64,000 nt of DNA from positions 17,292 to 81,291 of IMG/VR virus record IMGVR_UViG_3300029959_000704; one strand, 5' to 3'. A program made the position numbers and the translations under genes. Numbering within the stretch: the stretch's first letter is position 1; each line of letters begins with the position of its first letter. Below the pieces are notes generated by a model that saw only the letters and a program-made list of their open reading frames with translations, was not told where the DNA came from and ran no database searches. Source of the stretch: a virus. Lineage: Duplodnaviria; Caudoviricetes. Below are positions 57,301 to 64,000 of the stretch, piece after piece.

Positions 57301-60300
57301 CTTGCCAGTATCTTGAAGATTTCTTAATTTAAGAGAATCTATATTCTCAAGTAGTTTTAAAGAAGGTGTGAAAGTCATTTCTGAAAAATGACTCCTAGCA
57401 ATACCATCTTTTGTAGATAAAAATAATTTTTTAAAATTGCTAATAGCATCCTCTCCAACAAAAGACTTCCTATTATTTACTCTATTAGTTGCTTTGCCTG
57501 TACTAGTGATTAATTCTAAAAAAGCTTGTTTACCAGATACGGCTGGAAAATATTTGTAAGCTATTGAGTAATCATTATTACTTGCAAAAGTAATTTTTAC
57601 AAACTTTCTATTAGATAATTCTCCTTGTGTAAATTCACTAGGTTTCTCTATAAACTCTTCAATAGATATTGCTCTAAATGCACTATTTTTTGGACGAGTG
57701 ATTAGTTGACCTAGCAAATCAAATGATGGTCCTGCAGCTCTATGAATATGAGTATAGATAGATAAATAATTTCTTAATCCTTCAACAGTAGTTATATTAA
57801 AGTTAATAGGTTCAGTTGTATTAGCAGAAGTTACTCTTGTAATATTCTTTAAATCATCTTGAATATATTGGATTGTATTTTTTTCAGATTCAGTTAATGT
57901 CTCATTATTAAATACTTTACCAAAAATATTCATAGCAGTAGTCATGTTGTCTACTTGAGATTGTTGCAAGCTATTTCTCTGTAATGGAATTGCTACATTA
58001 CCATTTGGTAATGGAAGTATAGCATATGTAAATCCTTCTTTTAATGTTTCAACATTATTTAGCACTCCTTTAGTTACAGCTCTTCCACCAGGAGCTATTA
58101 ACTTACCATTCTTAACAATTGCTATTCTTACTTTATCAGAAGCCAGTGCTATATCTGTACTTACTAATTGATTATTAACTGATTTAATTAAATGACCAGG
58201 AGTTATATTTAAGATAGTACTTGTAATAGGAGTAGCATCCCCACTTTTATATTTAGCATAAATAGTATTTCTTATTTGAGCAAGACCTTGTTGTCCTGTA
58301 GCAAAATCAAGATCTCTTGTTGGAGATAAATGATCGAAAGCAGGTATGTACCCAATTAAATTACCATTATGATAGATTTCTATAGGAATAAATAAAGACA
58401 CATTATCTTTATTTTTTGAAGTGTTAGCTTCATGTTGTCCCCATGTAGTAGATATTCTGCGACCATCAGTATCAGTATAATAAACTTCTTGATCTGGATT
58501 ATCCAATACTTTAAAAGTAATTGTATCATTTACTTTTACTTTATTAAGAGCTTTGATTAATTCAGGACGATTTATAGCATTTTCAGCATCTTCAAATTGA
58601 ATACTTTTTCCAGTAACTTTTACAAGATACTTTCTAAATAAATAAGATATACTTGTCCAAGCATTGGCTCTTTTAACATCATAATCCAGCCCTTGCTTTT
58701 CTATAGATAAATTTTGTTGGATGTCCTCTTGATTTAATCCAGAAGCTTTTTGATTTTGTTCGTTAATAAGGATTTCTACCTTTTTATTATCCTCTTCTAT
58801 TATAGCATCTTTAGAAGAGTTACTTACATAAACTTTTCCATTACCCTCAAAAGACTCTATATCTTGTTCTAAGTTATCATTAACTACAGTTCCAACAGGA
58901 GTTACAGTTGTCTTTACAGTATCTCCCGACTTTCTGTCCTTATATTTTTTTAAAGCCTCAATAAATTTCTTACCATTATTAAGAGCCTTTTCATTCTTAA
59001 AATTACTTAAATAACTAGCTTCGTTAGCTATAATATCATCAATAGTCTGTTCTGAAACCATATCATTACCATCAGCTAAATTCTCAGCTAACATAGATAC
59101 TTCAGCTTTACCATCCTCTTCTAAAAACTCATCGAACTCTTTTTTAAATTCACCATAAGTAGTAACGGTTGGTTTAACTGGATCTGGATCCTCTACCTCA
59201 GCATATTCTGCAGCTACTTTATTAATAACGTCTTGAATACTTGTAGCTATAGAAGAATTCTCATGACGTTTTTTAAATGCCTCAAATACCTTCTCACGAT
59301 CTGCTTGAGTAGCTGCTTTTTCAAGATCTTGTCTTAATGAAATTTCAGCATCATTTAATTGATTCTTTAAAATAGTTCCAGTCTTTTCTTCAGCAACTTT
59401 TCTTTGTTGCTCCATAATTTCTTCATAATTTGGCTCAATGTTATTTAAAATATGCTGATAACTATTTAAATTTTCTTGAATAGCATTCTCTATTTTAATA
59501 ATAGCTTCTAAACTATTAATAGCATTTTTATACTCTGGTAAAGTAATAATAGACATTGCATTCTTGGTATCTTTTAAAGTAGCCAAGTTATCAATAGTAA
59601 CATCATATAATCTAGTACCATTCTCGAATTCTGGAGTAATATTACTTTCAATTAATACTTTATTAAGTTGCTCTAATTGGGAAACTTCCTTTCGAGTATC
59701 TTCTCTAGTATATCCTTTTAATAAAACATCTTCATATTTTTGCTTACTATTAACTAATATCTTATGAGTTACTCTATTAGATGCTAATAACTCTCTTGAT
59801 TTATAAGTTTCATGTTGTAAATAAATAGATTCTACATCTAATAACTCACGAAGTTTTTGAGTATATTTTTCTTTATAATTTTCACCATAGCCTTTTTCAG
59901 CAGCTTGTTCTGGAGTAAGATTAATTGCATCAGTAAGTAATCTCTCTAATTTACCTACTGTACCAAATTCTGCAGCTTCTCTAGCCATCTTTAAGAACTC
60001 AGTGTCATTCACTAAATCAACTAAAGACTCTTGATTATTCTGTAAAAACTCTTCTCTAAATAAGTCAGCAGTAGCCATACTTTTCAATTTATCTTCAGTA
60101 TATTGTTGAAGAATAGTTTGTTGAACTTCATATCTTCTATTATGCTCTTCCCTACGTTTCTTACCAAGTGGATCCCCACTTACAACATCAAAAAATCCTT
60201 GAGTAAGACTTCTTTGTAATCCTCCGGAAACAAATCCCATCATACCTTCAAGTAATGCTTTATCTGAAGTAGCATACTCAAGATATCTATCTGCAGTTGA

Positions 60301-61518
60301 AGACCCTTTTAATCCTTTATCTTCTTTAGTACCTATTCCTAAATTAGTTCTGGCTTGATAACCAGCTTCCATTTGAAAGACATTTTGACCAATTTCTTCA
60401 ATACCTTCTTTAGTATTTTGTACCATTAACCCTCCAACACCTCCAACAGACTTTAAAGGATTTTTAGAAATCTCTTTTATAACTTGTCTAGTAGTTTTTG
60501 AACTAAGTCCTAATTTATGAATACCAATTGCATCAGTGAGAGCAAATATTGTATTATGATTCATAAAGTTATTCTGTTGCTTACCAATCTCTCTCTTAGC
60601 ATCTTCATCCATATCAAATTGAAGTCTAGCATCTTCAATAGCCTCCTGAGCAAATCTTGGATCATTATTATATGATTCAGCAAGAATCCTTTGTGAATGA
60701 GCATTTATATATTGAGTTTCTAATTCCTCACCTAATTCAAGAGCCATCATCTTACCTTCACCATAATTAGTAATTAAACCTCCTACTAATGATTGAACTC
60801 CTTCAGAAATTTTAGAAGGATTCGCAGATCTTATTAAAGATTTTAAAGCGTCGTCTCCTCCTTTAGCAGCAAATTCAGCTGCCCATAAAGCTAATTTTCT
60901 AGTACGTAATAATGTAGCTCCTCCTTTTACAACTTTGGCTGCAGCACCACCTGGAATAGCAAATCCAATAGCACTATCAAGCATTCCACGTAATGTACTA
61001 AATCTTGTGAATTGATCTAATACACTATCAGCTTGTACATCTTCATAAATAGGTACAGCGGAATATAGAGATTTTTTTAAATCTTTTGCATATCTACTAA
61101 CAGTGTTATCTTCCACTTGTTCTATTCCAGCAATTTGTCCTACATTATTACTGATATCACTAAGATATCCCATAGTTTCGATAGCAGTTAATAAACCACT
61201 AGCAGTTCCACTCACAACTGAATTAAATGCTTTTAATACTCCAGATTGTTCATCAGCACGATTTTGTAATAAAGTACCTCTATCTAAAATACCAGTTCCA
61301 ACAGTATCATCATATTTGCTTGGGGAAATATCCGGATTAACATATACGCCACCGGCAGGTGTTATACTTTGACCTAAACCTCCTGGAGTCCTACTTAATT
61401 TTTCAATATCAATACTAGACACATTTTGTTGTGCAGTATTGACACCTTTTAATCCTTCTACACTTTGTTTTGTAACTGCTCTTTCAGCTAACCATTGATC
61501 ATAAGTTTGTTTTGCCAT
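48367..61518 (-). CDS. Giant virion-packaged RNA polymerase polyprotein (double-psi beta-barrel type) with accessory C-terminal domains
   Basis: 4383 aa; catalytic GYDFDVDK (DFDVD at 53011-53025), YRIPTSSQSS upstream, HEATH zincin motif (50185-50199), FVFGSN..GRHGAGAA domain and SLOG-like GGQTG domain. Confidence 0.88.
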   Translation of the reverse strand: MAKQTYDQWLAERAVTKQSVEGLKGVNTAQQNVSSIDIEKLSRTPGGLGQSITPAGGVYVNPDISPSKYDDTVGTGILDRGTLLQNRADEQSGVLKAFNSVVSGTASGLLTAIETMGYLSDISNNVGQIAGIEQVEDNTVSRYAKDLKKSLYSAVPIYEDVQADSVLDQFTRFSTLRGMLDSAIGFAIPGGAAAKVVKGGATLLRTRKLALWAAEFAAKGGDDALKSLIRSANPSKISEGVQSLVGGLITNYGEGKMMALELGEELETQYINAHSQRILAESYNNDPRFAQEAIEDARLQFDMDEDAKREIGKQQNNFMNHNTIFALTDAIGIHKLGLSSKTTRQVIKEISKNPLKSVGGVGGLMVQNTKEGIEEIGQNVFQMEAGYQARTNLGIGTKEDKGLKGSSTADRYLEYATSDKALLEGMMGFVSGGLQRSLTQGFFDVVSGDPLGKKRREEHNRRYEVQQTILQQYTEDKLKSMATADLFREEFLQNNQESLVDLVNDTEFLKMAREAAEFGTVGKLERLLTDAINLTPEQAAEKGYGENYKEKYTQKLRELLDVESIYLQHETYKSRELLASNRVTHKILVNSKQKYEDVLLKGYTREDTRKEVSQLEQLNKVLIESNITPEFENGTRLYDVTIDNLATLKDTKNAMSIITLPEYKNAINSLEAIIKIENAIQENLNSYQHILNNIEPNYEEIMEQQRKVAEEKTGTILKNQLNDAEISLRQDLEKAATQADREKVFEAFKKRHENSSIATSIQDVINKVAAEYAEVEDPDPVKPTVTTYGEFKKEFDEFLEEDGKAEVSMLAENLADGNDMVSEQTIDDIIANEASYLSNFKNEKALNNGKKFIEALKKYKDRKSGDTVKTTVTPVGTVVNDNLEQDIESFEGNGKVYVSNSSKDAIIEEDNKKVEILINEQNQKASGLNQEDIQQNLSIEKQGLDYDVKRANAWTSISYLFRKYLVKVTGKSIQFEDAENAINRPELIKALNKVKVNDTITFKVLDNPDQEVYYTDTDGRRISTTWGQHEANTSKNKDNVSLFIPIEIYHNGNLIGYIPAFDHLSPTRDLDFATGQQGLAQIRNTIYAKYKSGDATPITSTILNITPGHLIKSVNNQLVSTDIALASDKVRIAIVKNGKLIAPGGRAVTKGVLNNVETLKEGFTYAILPLPNGNVAIPLQRNSLQQSQVDNMTTAMNIFGKVFNNETLTESEKNTIQYIQDDLKNITRVTSANTTEPINFNITTVEGLRNYLSIYTHIHRAAGPSFDLLGQLITRPKNSAFRAISIEEFIEKPSEFTQGELSNRKFVKITFASNNDYSIAYKYFPAVSGKQAFLELITSTGKATNRVNNRKSFVGEDAISNFKKLFLSTKDGIARSHFSEMTFTPSLKLLENIDSLKLRNLQDTGKTETIAYSDYVKRNTSTNILGLNIGTEEKPEYIYTQQRSYMFDPSFSNPLEQITENTQTDATKETSGENVVPVKEQLPNKNELAIDEDGFFPENTVSFSVDSEEASEVSLRDLQAMQGLYDSQLGISIFDTDFKKISPSRQSLEINTLVELISRALLESPNNKLTSKEWRAILDSRFSDLMNLREKALSKEALTTVDYIDSVINPVARPYIEALVKKSFEERAGVSTSLEPSIDSSETDIAVEGAEGYAEKSRFVDSYTFQVDHRLTMSTKLKLALSTVPSKEKGIGNVQLSYPFDEIYDRTMALLQGTEPSYDVMAAKLQQYAPIFPWISPLLKQLAEQDESVRNGFVVVMHKRYVNMLFLAWKKQQESYKMKVWRSNSNAIERNIQESWFNGLVQNDEFVQINKFGKYQFTDAAKKKAQVTKGVTIPTTAATVDDQKKVMNNILTPLGIYLSDGTMEEIISKGLYYNGSHYQYNALFGEGGVIIEDLYGKILNASLELDQDEDDINIFGGGYMKALIKLEAKYNSMNLSNSHRAGNKTINSYADTNQSFDRLAALKSDRELLTRLSKLPFAKHSRLLRILAQYDPRTNEFIYEDGLLLLNNDASINVEAAASFEALKLNDISLNAIKEIASEFIGEKSLQDLGEAEHDAIKSAFFFNNKSVKESGSRTGQLFYLTMSNKTVMTTMEVPLTRFNLDENGQIPEGTLKDMVNVLVMPEIERMLDFRKKTNNGAIPGPLAHYDEGSQIFYFVPTLNTIDDLFEEVNGKRMLKTGMNNVEVLFPVVQEALNSFMQKSIEDQLTNWKNIQFGYNKETGKFDLVDADMLAYYQQIVPKKVSTVAIGEEVSIEDSETTEEYNDRLFKTMAFDYLSNYMYHNMNLFQLFVTDPAFYYTNKQADFLANKNYMALSKSVFDNIGKRLAAESAPGLQGDFSKVGTNYTVAIAKDAKLSSEIMDVYKRMGLSKAELKSYENITSTDGAEFTTLEEHLKIMFVYNKLTKLQYDMLMEKLNAQGEHPKSTEYDFSKKELDLILNGINLIINKPVQVHNRTLSYGNNLDASMESRLYIKSAATPLIPQLTKGLQLDALRVRMESKGNPNNKIDRLAFTSAVKVGTPVGTVEIFDKDGNINSDNLSKLPILILNRSGFRIQQEIPFKEDHETINDGTQQRELLFAGLLHNPELAALNREYLDTYKEIFNKYYEDLAKEIDYNDKTGKVNTEKVLRIIREEAISRNYSINNIIALGLDSNNKLRYPLWGLPADSSMESLLLSIVDNRVRKLKLPGISTILSPQEGYRKADDRIKSWEDVKNTASIEDTLFTEDFNGDLLPMRPTDPNNLNGEWLPAQILISSTLKSPFGKDINVRDYAIQKEGKWYLDTSAVPKELLKGFTYRIPTSSQSSMGLVQIVGFLPESMKEMVVAARDFIAQMGYDFDVDKLYTNLYQMAYNPIDKKFQKLEDLSPEAVAAIVNMEMANRRIKPDITQSSEEQEVSEDDIDNIQFTKEQELAATIQSRLIKRQTMAKHFNKLLDIHIKVMAHPETNKLRTQTVSYGKLESLAAKFAEKKSNAVQFNPLSPLYQRTKYVNATAGQQGVGVFSAGIVFLASAQSADLGYINLNKDGKNVFNVTINKHKTVGDLSSPATLDGSTTRLSIMSRFQNASVDDESLQALAALNINNGTFNALTAGSMLGFTEEELVSIINQPIVIEYVQLLKSKQSSFAEYEPKVEDSIINNLLKVILDRKAFATKDDQDQWHKSVIHDYGQLSTEYFTDLVAKERPTDSTEAATYDNAQYYALITFNKLREAGKEILKVQNAVNISSKGIGKSFLEASKKYNDILKLGTLSANITNAEALIGIYKYDENGDLLDFEPNTIRGYVAKYVLEPSLKIYKDTDGNPLFPYINNAFTKAMTNLLEVEGKTDAVGEAYLKEARSFFSGLKGYLYTKPQTFGITNPNAERRRLLIDKKYVGNEAKEDGYNLAGRKYSLAGIIDLLASQNHPIITNNKFLRRLQVILNQEGLPSLITYKATVAQSSEELDIYNDFTRLLMADAPISISSQAETLTFSSRDLAIDLIKNAYLNGGSQGPSEYIRYIPIQYLINIGTGKVFNNINFNNDELYGSPTSGYMLQYLQHNPKKVKAVFPVSGKMTPETLKYLSKTVDYFVDEEGFLTYFTPSENLVSYFDGVIPGIMRMDIGSGKSELFLYDAENNTYQRIPTLRYKQVLEYQATVGKDAIAQSEFIHNQTANFKLTVKGFTKSSKGVSRNSGLSERQAYLDKYFPGNKTYTLSALHMMLTDMNPGSPAENMSLRPIVKRLIEAMEKYGINPAVEVRTPDTMIKTPNGLTPRGAYLPDGTILIRSTLPEVSTMLPANYFITSMVHEATHALLQKFVKDYVNGKPIPKEITIALSKLDGMRNLTSIKAKLEEINDIEIKHGVSTLDEFVAAITSSQQFREFINTSSNKNRLVEILLEIFSAIFGVSLNNTQDTLKFIDDNVMSILDTLVIGEKTTTATASQIVVPQGEYGFLTKYIEKNPSLEDVAIALDQYKTNLKYAKEDKLSDFEITMNKEAIAYLEKYIDNYQSVDKATSINAASISKQTPSYYKGNITLTANTIFVFGSNPEGRHGAGAAKVAKDNFGAIYGQGEGLQGNSYALPTKDLRVKENNGFKSISSDEIINSIKKLYSVALQNPIKEFKIGYRNTTEKSLNGYTGLEMIEMFNKAGTPPNNILFSEEWVKTGKLTSFTVPKMENITFEESSSSDYADRTVKNASADATIAIAVNFDTRGEVKTKSAVESQNKKYIPVDANSLEITSERVNQIVDSLNKVNAGMFGLTLNIAGNGIYTMKGKYTQAQVDEFTYELLKAVLESPNLKNRIASIRTGGQTGFDEAGAKAGMKLGIPTIILAPKGWIFRNINNVDIHNEIEFKNRFIITQKSKEEFSIPTDEDFKDNSKITSFSIDEVSQKESVSLDDFNNDIKEQIRSMMEWQNKNC

Positions 61519-61529
61519 ATTATTTACTA

Positions 61530-63560
61530 TTAAAGTTGGATTTCATTAGGTTCAATTTTTGTAATATTTAATAAATCTCTTCCTACAATATTTGTAATAG
61601 GAGCTGTATTATCAGCACTTACTCTAGCAATTCTAGATTGTACCATTTGATTTTTTAAAGCATATAAGCCTTTATTAATATATTCTTGTTCAGAAACCCT
61701 TTGTTTCATATTTGATGGGAGTGATTGATATTCTTGTTGAAGAACCGGTATTACCTCATCTTTCCTTAATTCAACATCTCTTTCAGAAATATCATTAGCT
61801 AATTTTAATTGTTGAGCATTAGAATTTAAATCATATTTAGATAAATCAATTTTATAATAACCTTTTCCAGAGCTTTCTAAGCTTTCATTCATAGCATCTA
61901 CATAAGACCTAAAGTCATATGAATTTCCTGTATTAGGATCTGTATATCCAAATAATCTATTAAAATGTTGATCTTGATATAACTCAAATGCAGCTTTAAT
62001 AGTAGGATGATTATCTAAATTTAAATACCCTTCTTTTCCAGAGGCTGTCCTAAAAATCACTCTTTTAGTTCTAGCATCAGGAATTATAGTAGTGCCTTCT
62101 TTTAAAGTTTTATTACCATTCTTATCAGTTTCTATAAAATTATTTACTTTTAATCTTTCACCTCTAGCATCTTTAAAAGCAGTTCCTTCATCAGAAATTT
62201 TACTTAATAATGAATTGGTGGCTTCAGGAGTATTAACATCTAATGCATCTACCTTTGTTAAGACAGCTAAATTAGTAATTTGATCTCCAAATTCTTGCCT
62301 AATAGTTTCTAATGGTTTTAAAGTTCGTTTACCATTTGCATCAGGTGGACCAAAAATATCAAATCCATATTTTTTAGACATCTCTCTCATTTGTTTTATC
62401 ACATCATTTTTAGAAGGAGTTACTGCAAATATTTCTTTACCACTTTCAGTAAATTGAGATACATAAGGAGATGGAGAAGTTTTTAAAGTAGAAGTCATTT
62501 TAGATGGATTTACTAATGATGGATTTACTAATGGAGTTTTAGGATCCAAATACTGTCCATATAATTTTTCAAATTCAGCCAATCCTTCCTTAGCAACTAC
62601 TATAGCTTCTTTATTATTTTCTAATAATGATACTTGCCTAAATGGGTTAATATTTTTATTTTTATCTCTATCTTTAATAGCCTGTTCTCTATCCATTAAG
62701 CTAACTCTCATTCCATAATCATCAGTCTTAAATTGAATATCTTGTTTACCAAGAGCTGCATATGCTCCTCTAGCTGAAAAATCAAATGCTCTGGCTAACA
62801 ACTCTGGATTATCTCCAAACTTGTCAAATACTCCATGAGTTTGTAAAGTACCTTCAATAGTCTTCCGTATTAAATTAGTCATTGTATTAACTTCGCTTGG
62901 AACATATCCTTGTCTTTTCATAGCAGCATCTACTTCCTCTACAGTAGCACCTCTTTGAATATAGGCCATATATTCAAAAGGAAGATTAGTTTTACTAAAC
63001 ATCTTAGCTCCATTAGTCCTTAATTGATCAGATAGATTCTTCAAAGACTCCGCAGTGGCTTTCTCTAATTGAGCTCCACTAATAGCATTAGGCATATAAG
63101 AAGTGTTACCTCTTGCTATGTATGCATCAATACTATATTGAGAAGGGTCCGGATTGTAAAGTAAAGTTTGATCTTTAGCAGCCATTTCTTTTAATGTGGC
63201 CATATCTTTCTGACGAACTGCCCCAGCTTGAATAATAGGCATTATATCAGAAGAATATCTAGCTTTTGCATTAGATAAAGCTGATTTAATATTTGATCCT
63301 TTAAACCCTTTATTAGAAAGAGCTTCAGTAGCTTTATTAAGATCCCCTATATAAGCTTGATAAGCTTGGGCAGCTTTACTATTAGGATCTTCCATTGCAT
63401 AAGTAGCTGCCACATTAGCTTCTGCAGAAATTTTAGCACTTTCCTCTAAAGCTGTATCATGCTGTTGTTGCATATAACTAGGAGCTATCATCATTTCTTG
63501 TAATGATGGTAGATTCATATTGTTATAACTCATTCTATCGTACGCTGAAATTGATGCCAT
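61530..63560 (-). CDS. Virion ejection/cargo protein (start reassigned to ATG 63560)
   Basis: 676 aa from MASISAYD; syntenic with the large virion-protein cluster. Confidence 0.7.
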   Translation of the reverse strand: MASISAYDRMSYNNMNLPSLQEMMIAPSYMQQQHDTALEESAKISAEANVAATYAMEDPNSKAAQAYQAYIGDLNKATEALSNKGFKGSNIKSALSNAKARYSSDIMPIIQAGAVRQKDMATLKEMAAKDQTLLYNPDPSQYSIDAYIARGNTSYMPNAISGAQLEKATAESLKNLSDQLRTNGAKMFSKTNLPFEYMAYIQRGATVEEVDAAMKRQGYVPSEVNTMTNLIRKTIEGTLQTHGVFDKFGDNPELLARAFDFSARGAYAALGKQDIQFKTDDYGMRVSLMDREQAIKDRDKNKNINPFRQVSLLENNKEAIVVAKEGLAEFEKLYGQYLDPKTPLVNPSLVNPSKMTSTLKTSPSPYVSQFTESGKEIFAVTPSKNDVIKQMREMSKKYGFDIFGPPDANGKRTLKPLETIRQEFGDQITNLAVLTKVDALDVNTPEATNSLLSKISDEGTAFKDARGERLKVNNFIETDKNGNKTLKEGTTIIPDARTKRVIFRTASGKEGYLNLDNHPTIKAAFELYQDQHFNRLFGYTDPNTGNSYDFRSYVDAMNESLESSGKGYYKIDLSKYDLNSNAQQLKLANDISERDVELRKDEVIPVLQQEYQSLPSNMKQRVSEQEYINKGLYALKNQMVQSRIARVSADNTAPITNIVGRDLLNITKIEPNEIQL

Positions 63561-63561
63561 A

Positions 63562-64000
63562 TTATTTTCTCTTTTTATATTTACCTTTAGTAGTATAGTC
63601 AAACATATTCTCTAAAGTTTCTTTATTATCATAATATTTTGATACATCAGATACGTTAGAAGATATTGCAGATAGACCTTCTCTAATTGCATTAGCACGA
63701 GCTGCTCTATTTCTTGCATTGATGTCATACTCTTGTAATCCTAATTGAGCATTAAGTTGTCCTTCTTGCATACCAATACCAGCATTAACTTGTCTTGCTT
63801 GATTAATCATTTGAGCAATTTGCATTTGTTTATTTTGATTAACTTCATCTGCTTTGAAGTATGCATCCCCAAGAGCTCCTAGCATATTTTTATCAGCCAT
63901 TAATAATCCAGCTGCAGCTGTAGCTCTATTACCACCAGCTGTATTTAAAATACCTTTTCTGGTAGCACCTGATTCAGCCCTTAATCTATTAGCAAGATAC
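63562..64000 (-). CDS. C-terminal part of a virion protein (start outside window)
   Basis: Frame stays open from the window edge (YLANRLRAESGATRKGILNTAGGNRATAAAGLLMADK...) to TAA 63562; Q/N/A-rich. Confidence 0.75.
   Translation of the reverse strand, partial: YLANRLRAESGATRKGILNTAGGNRATAAAGLLMADKNMLGALGDAYFKADEVNQNKQMQIAQMINQARQVNAGIGMQEGQLNAQLGLQEYDINARNRAARANAIREGLSAISSNVSDVSKYYDNKETLENMFDYTTKGKYKKRK

Noticed and set aside
1-64000. Stop-codon reassignment (TAG or TGA recoding known in some crAss-like phages)
   Set aside because: Genes up to 4383 codons are uninterrupted in the standard code, TAG and TGA terminate coupled genes, and no suppressor tRNA is present.

Overview
A 64-kb, AT-rich segment of a crAss-like (Crassvirales-type) dsDNA phage, most likely infecting a Bacteroidota host. 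The host call rests on three exact TTTG-N20-TAnnTTTG sigma-A promoters and on A-rich starts without Shine-Dalgarno sites. The standard genetic code applies. Layout: (1) 1-1000 is a divergence region with a leftward partial ORF, tRNA-Met(CAT), two leftward host promoters and a GC-rich dyad. (2) 1034-23100 is a rightward accessory block with expanded paralog families, a SAM methyltransferase, two metallophosphoesterases, a HAD protein, ThyX, a dNMP kinase-like protein, tRNA-Leu(TAA), four tRNA-like elements with altered anticodon arms and a ~1-kb ORF-free structured region. (3) 23130-44426 is the replication and nucleotide-metabolism block: SF2 helicase, DnaB-like helicase, an AAA ATPase split by a group I intron carrying a LAGLIDADG endonuclease, SSB-like protein, primase, an apparently complete ubiquitin-like conjugation cassette (Ubl, E2-like, JAB, E1/ThiF), UDG, nucleases, class II RNR, dUTPase, aspartic protease and PolA. 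(4) 44516-64000 holds leftward giant virion proteins, including a 4383-aa virion RNA polymerase (DFDVD) with C-terminal zincin, macro-like and permuted SLOG-like domains. All protein assignments come from motif recognition by eye. No database searches or folding programs were run.
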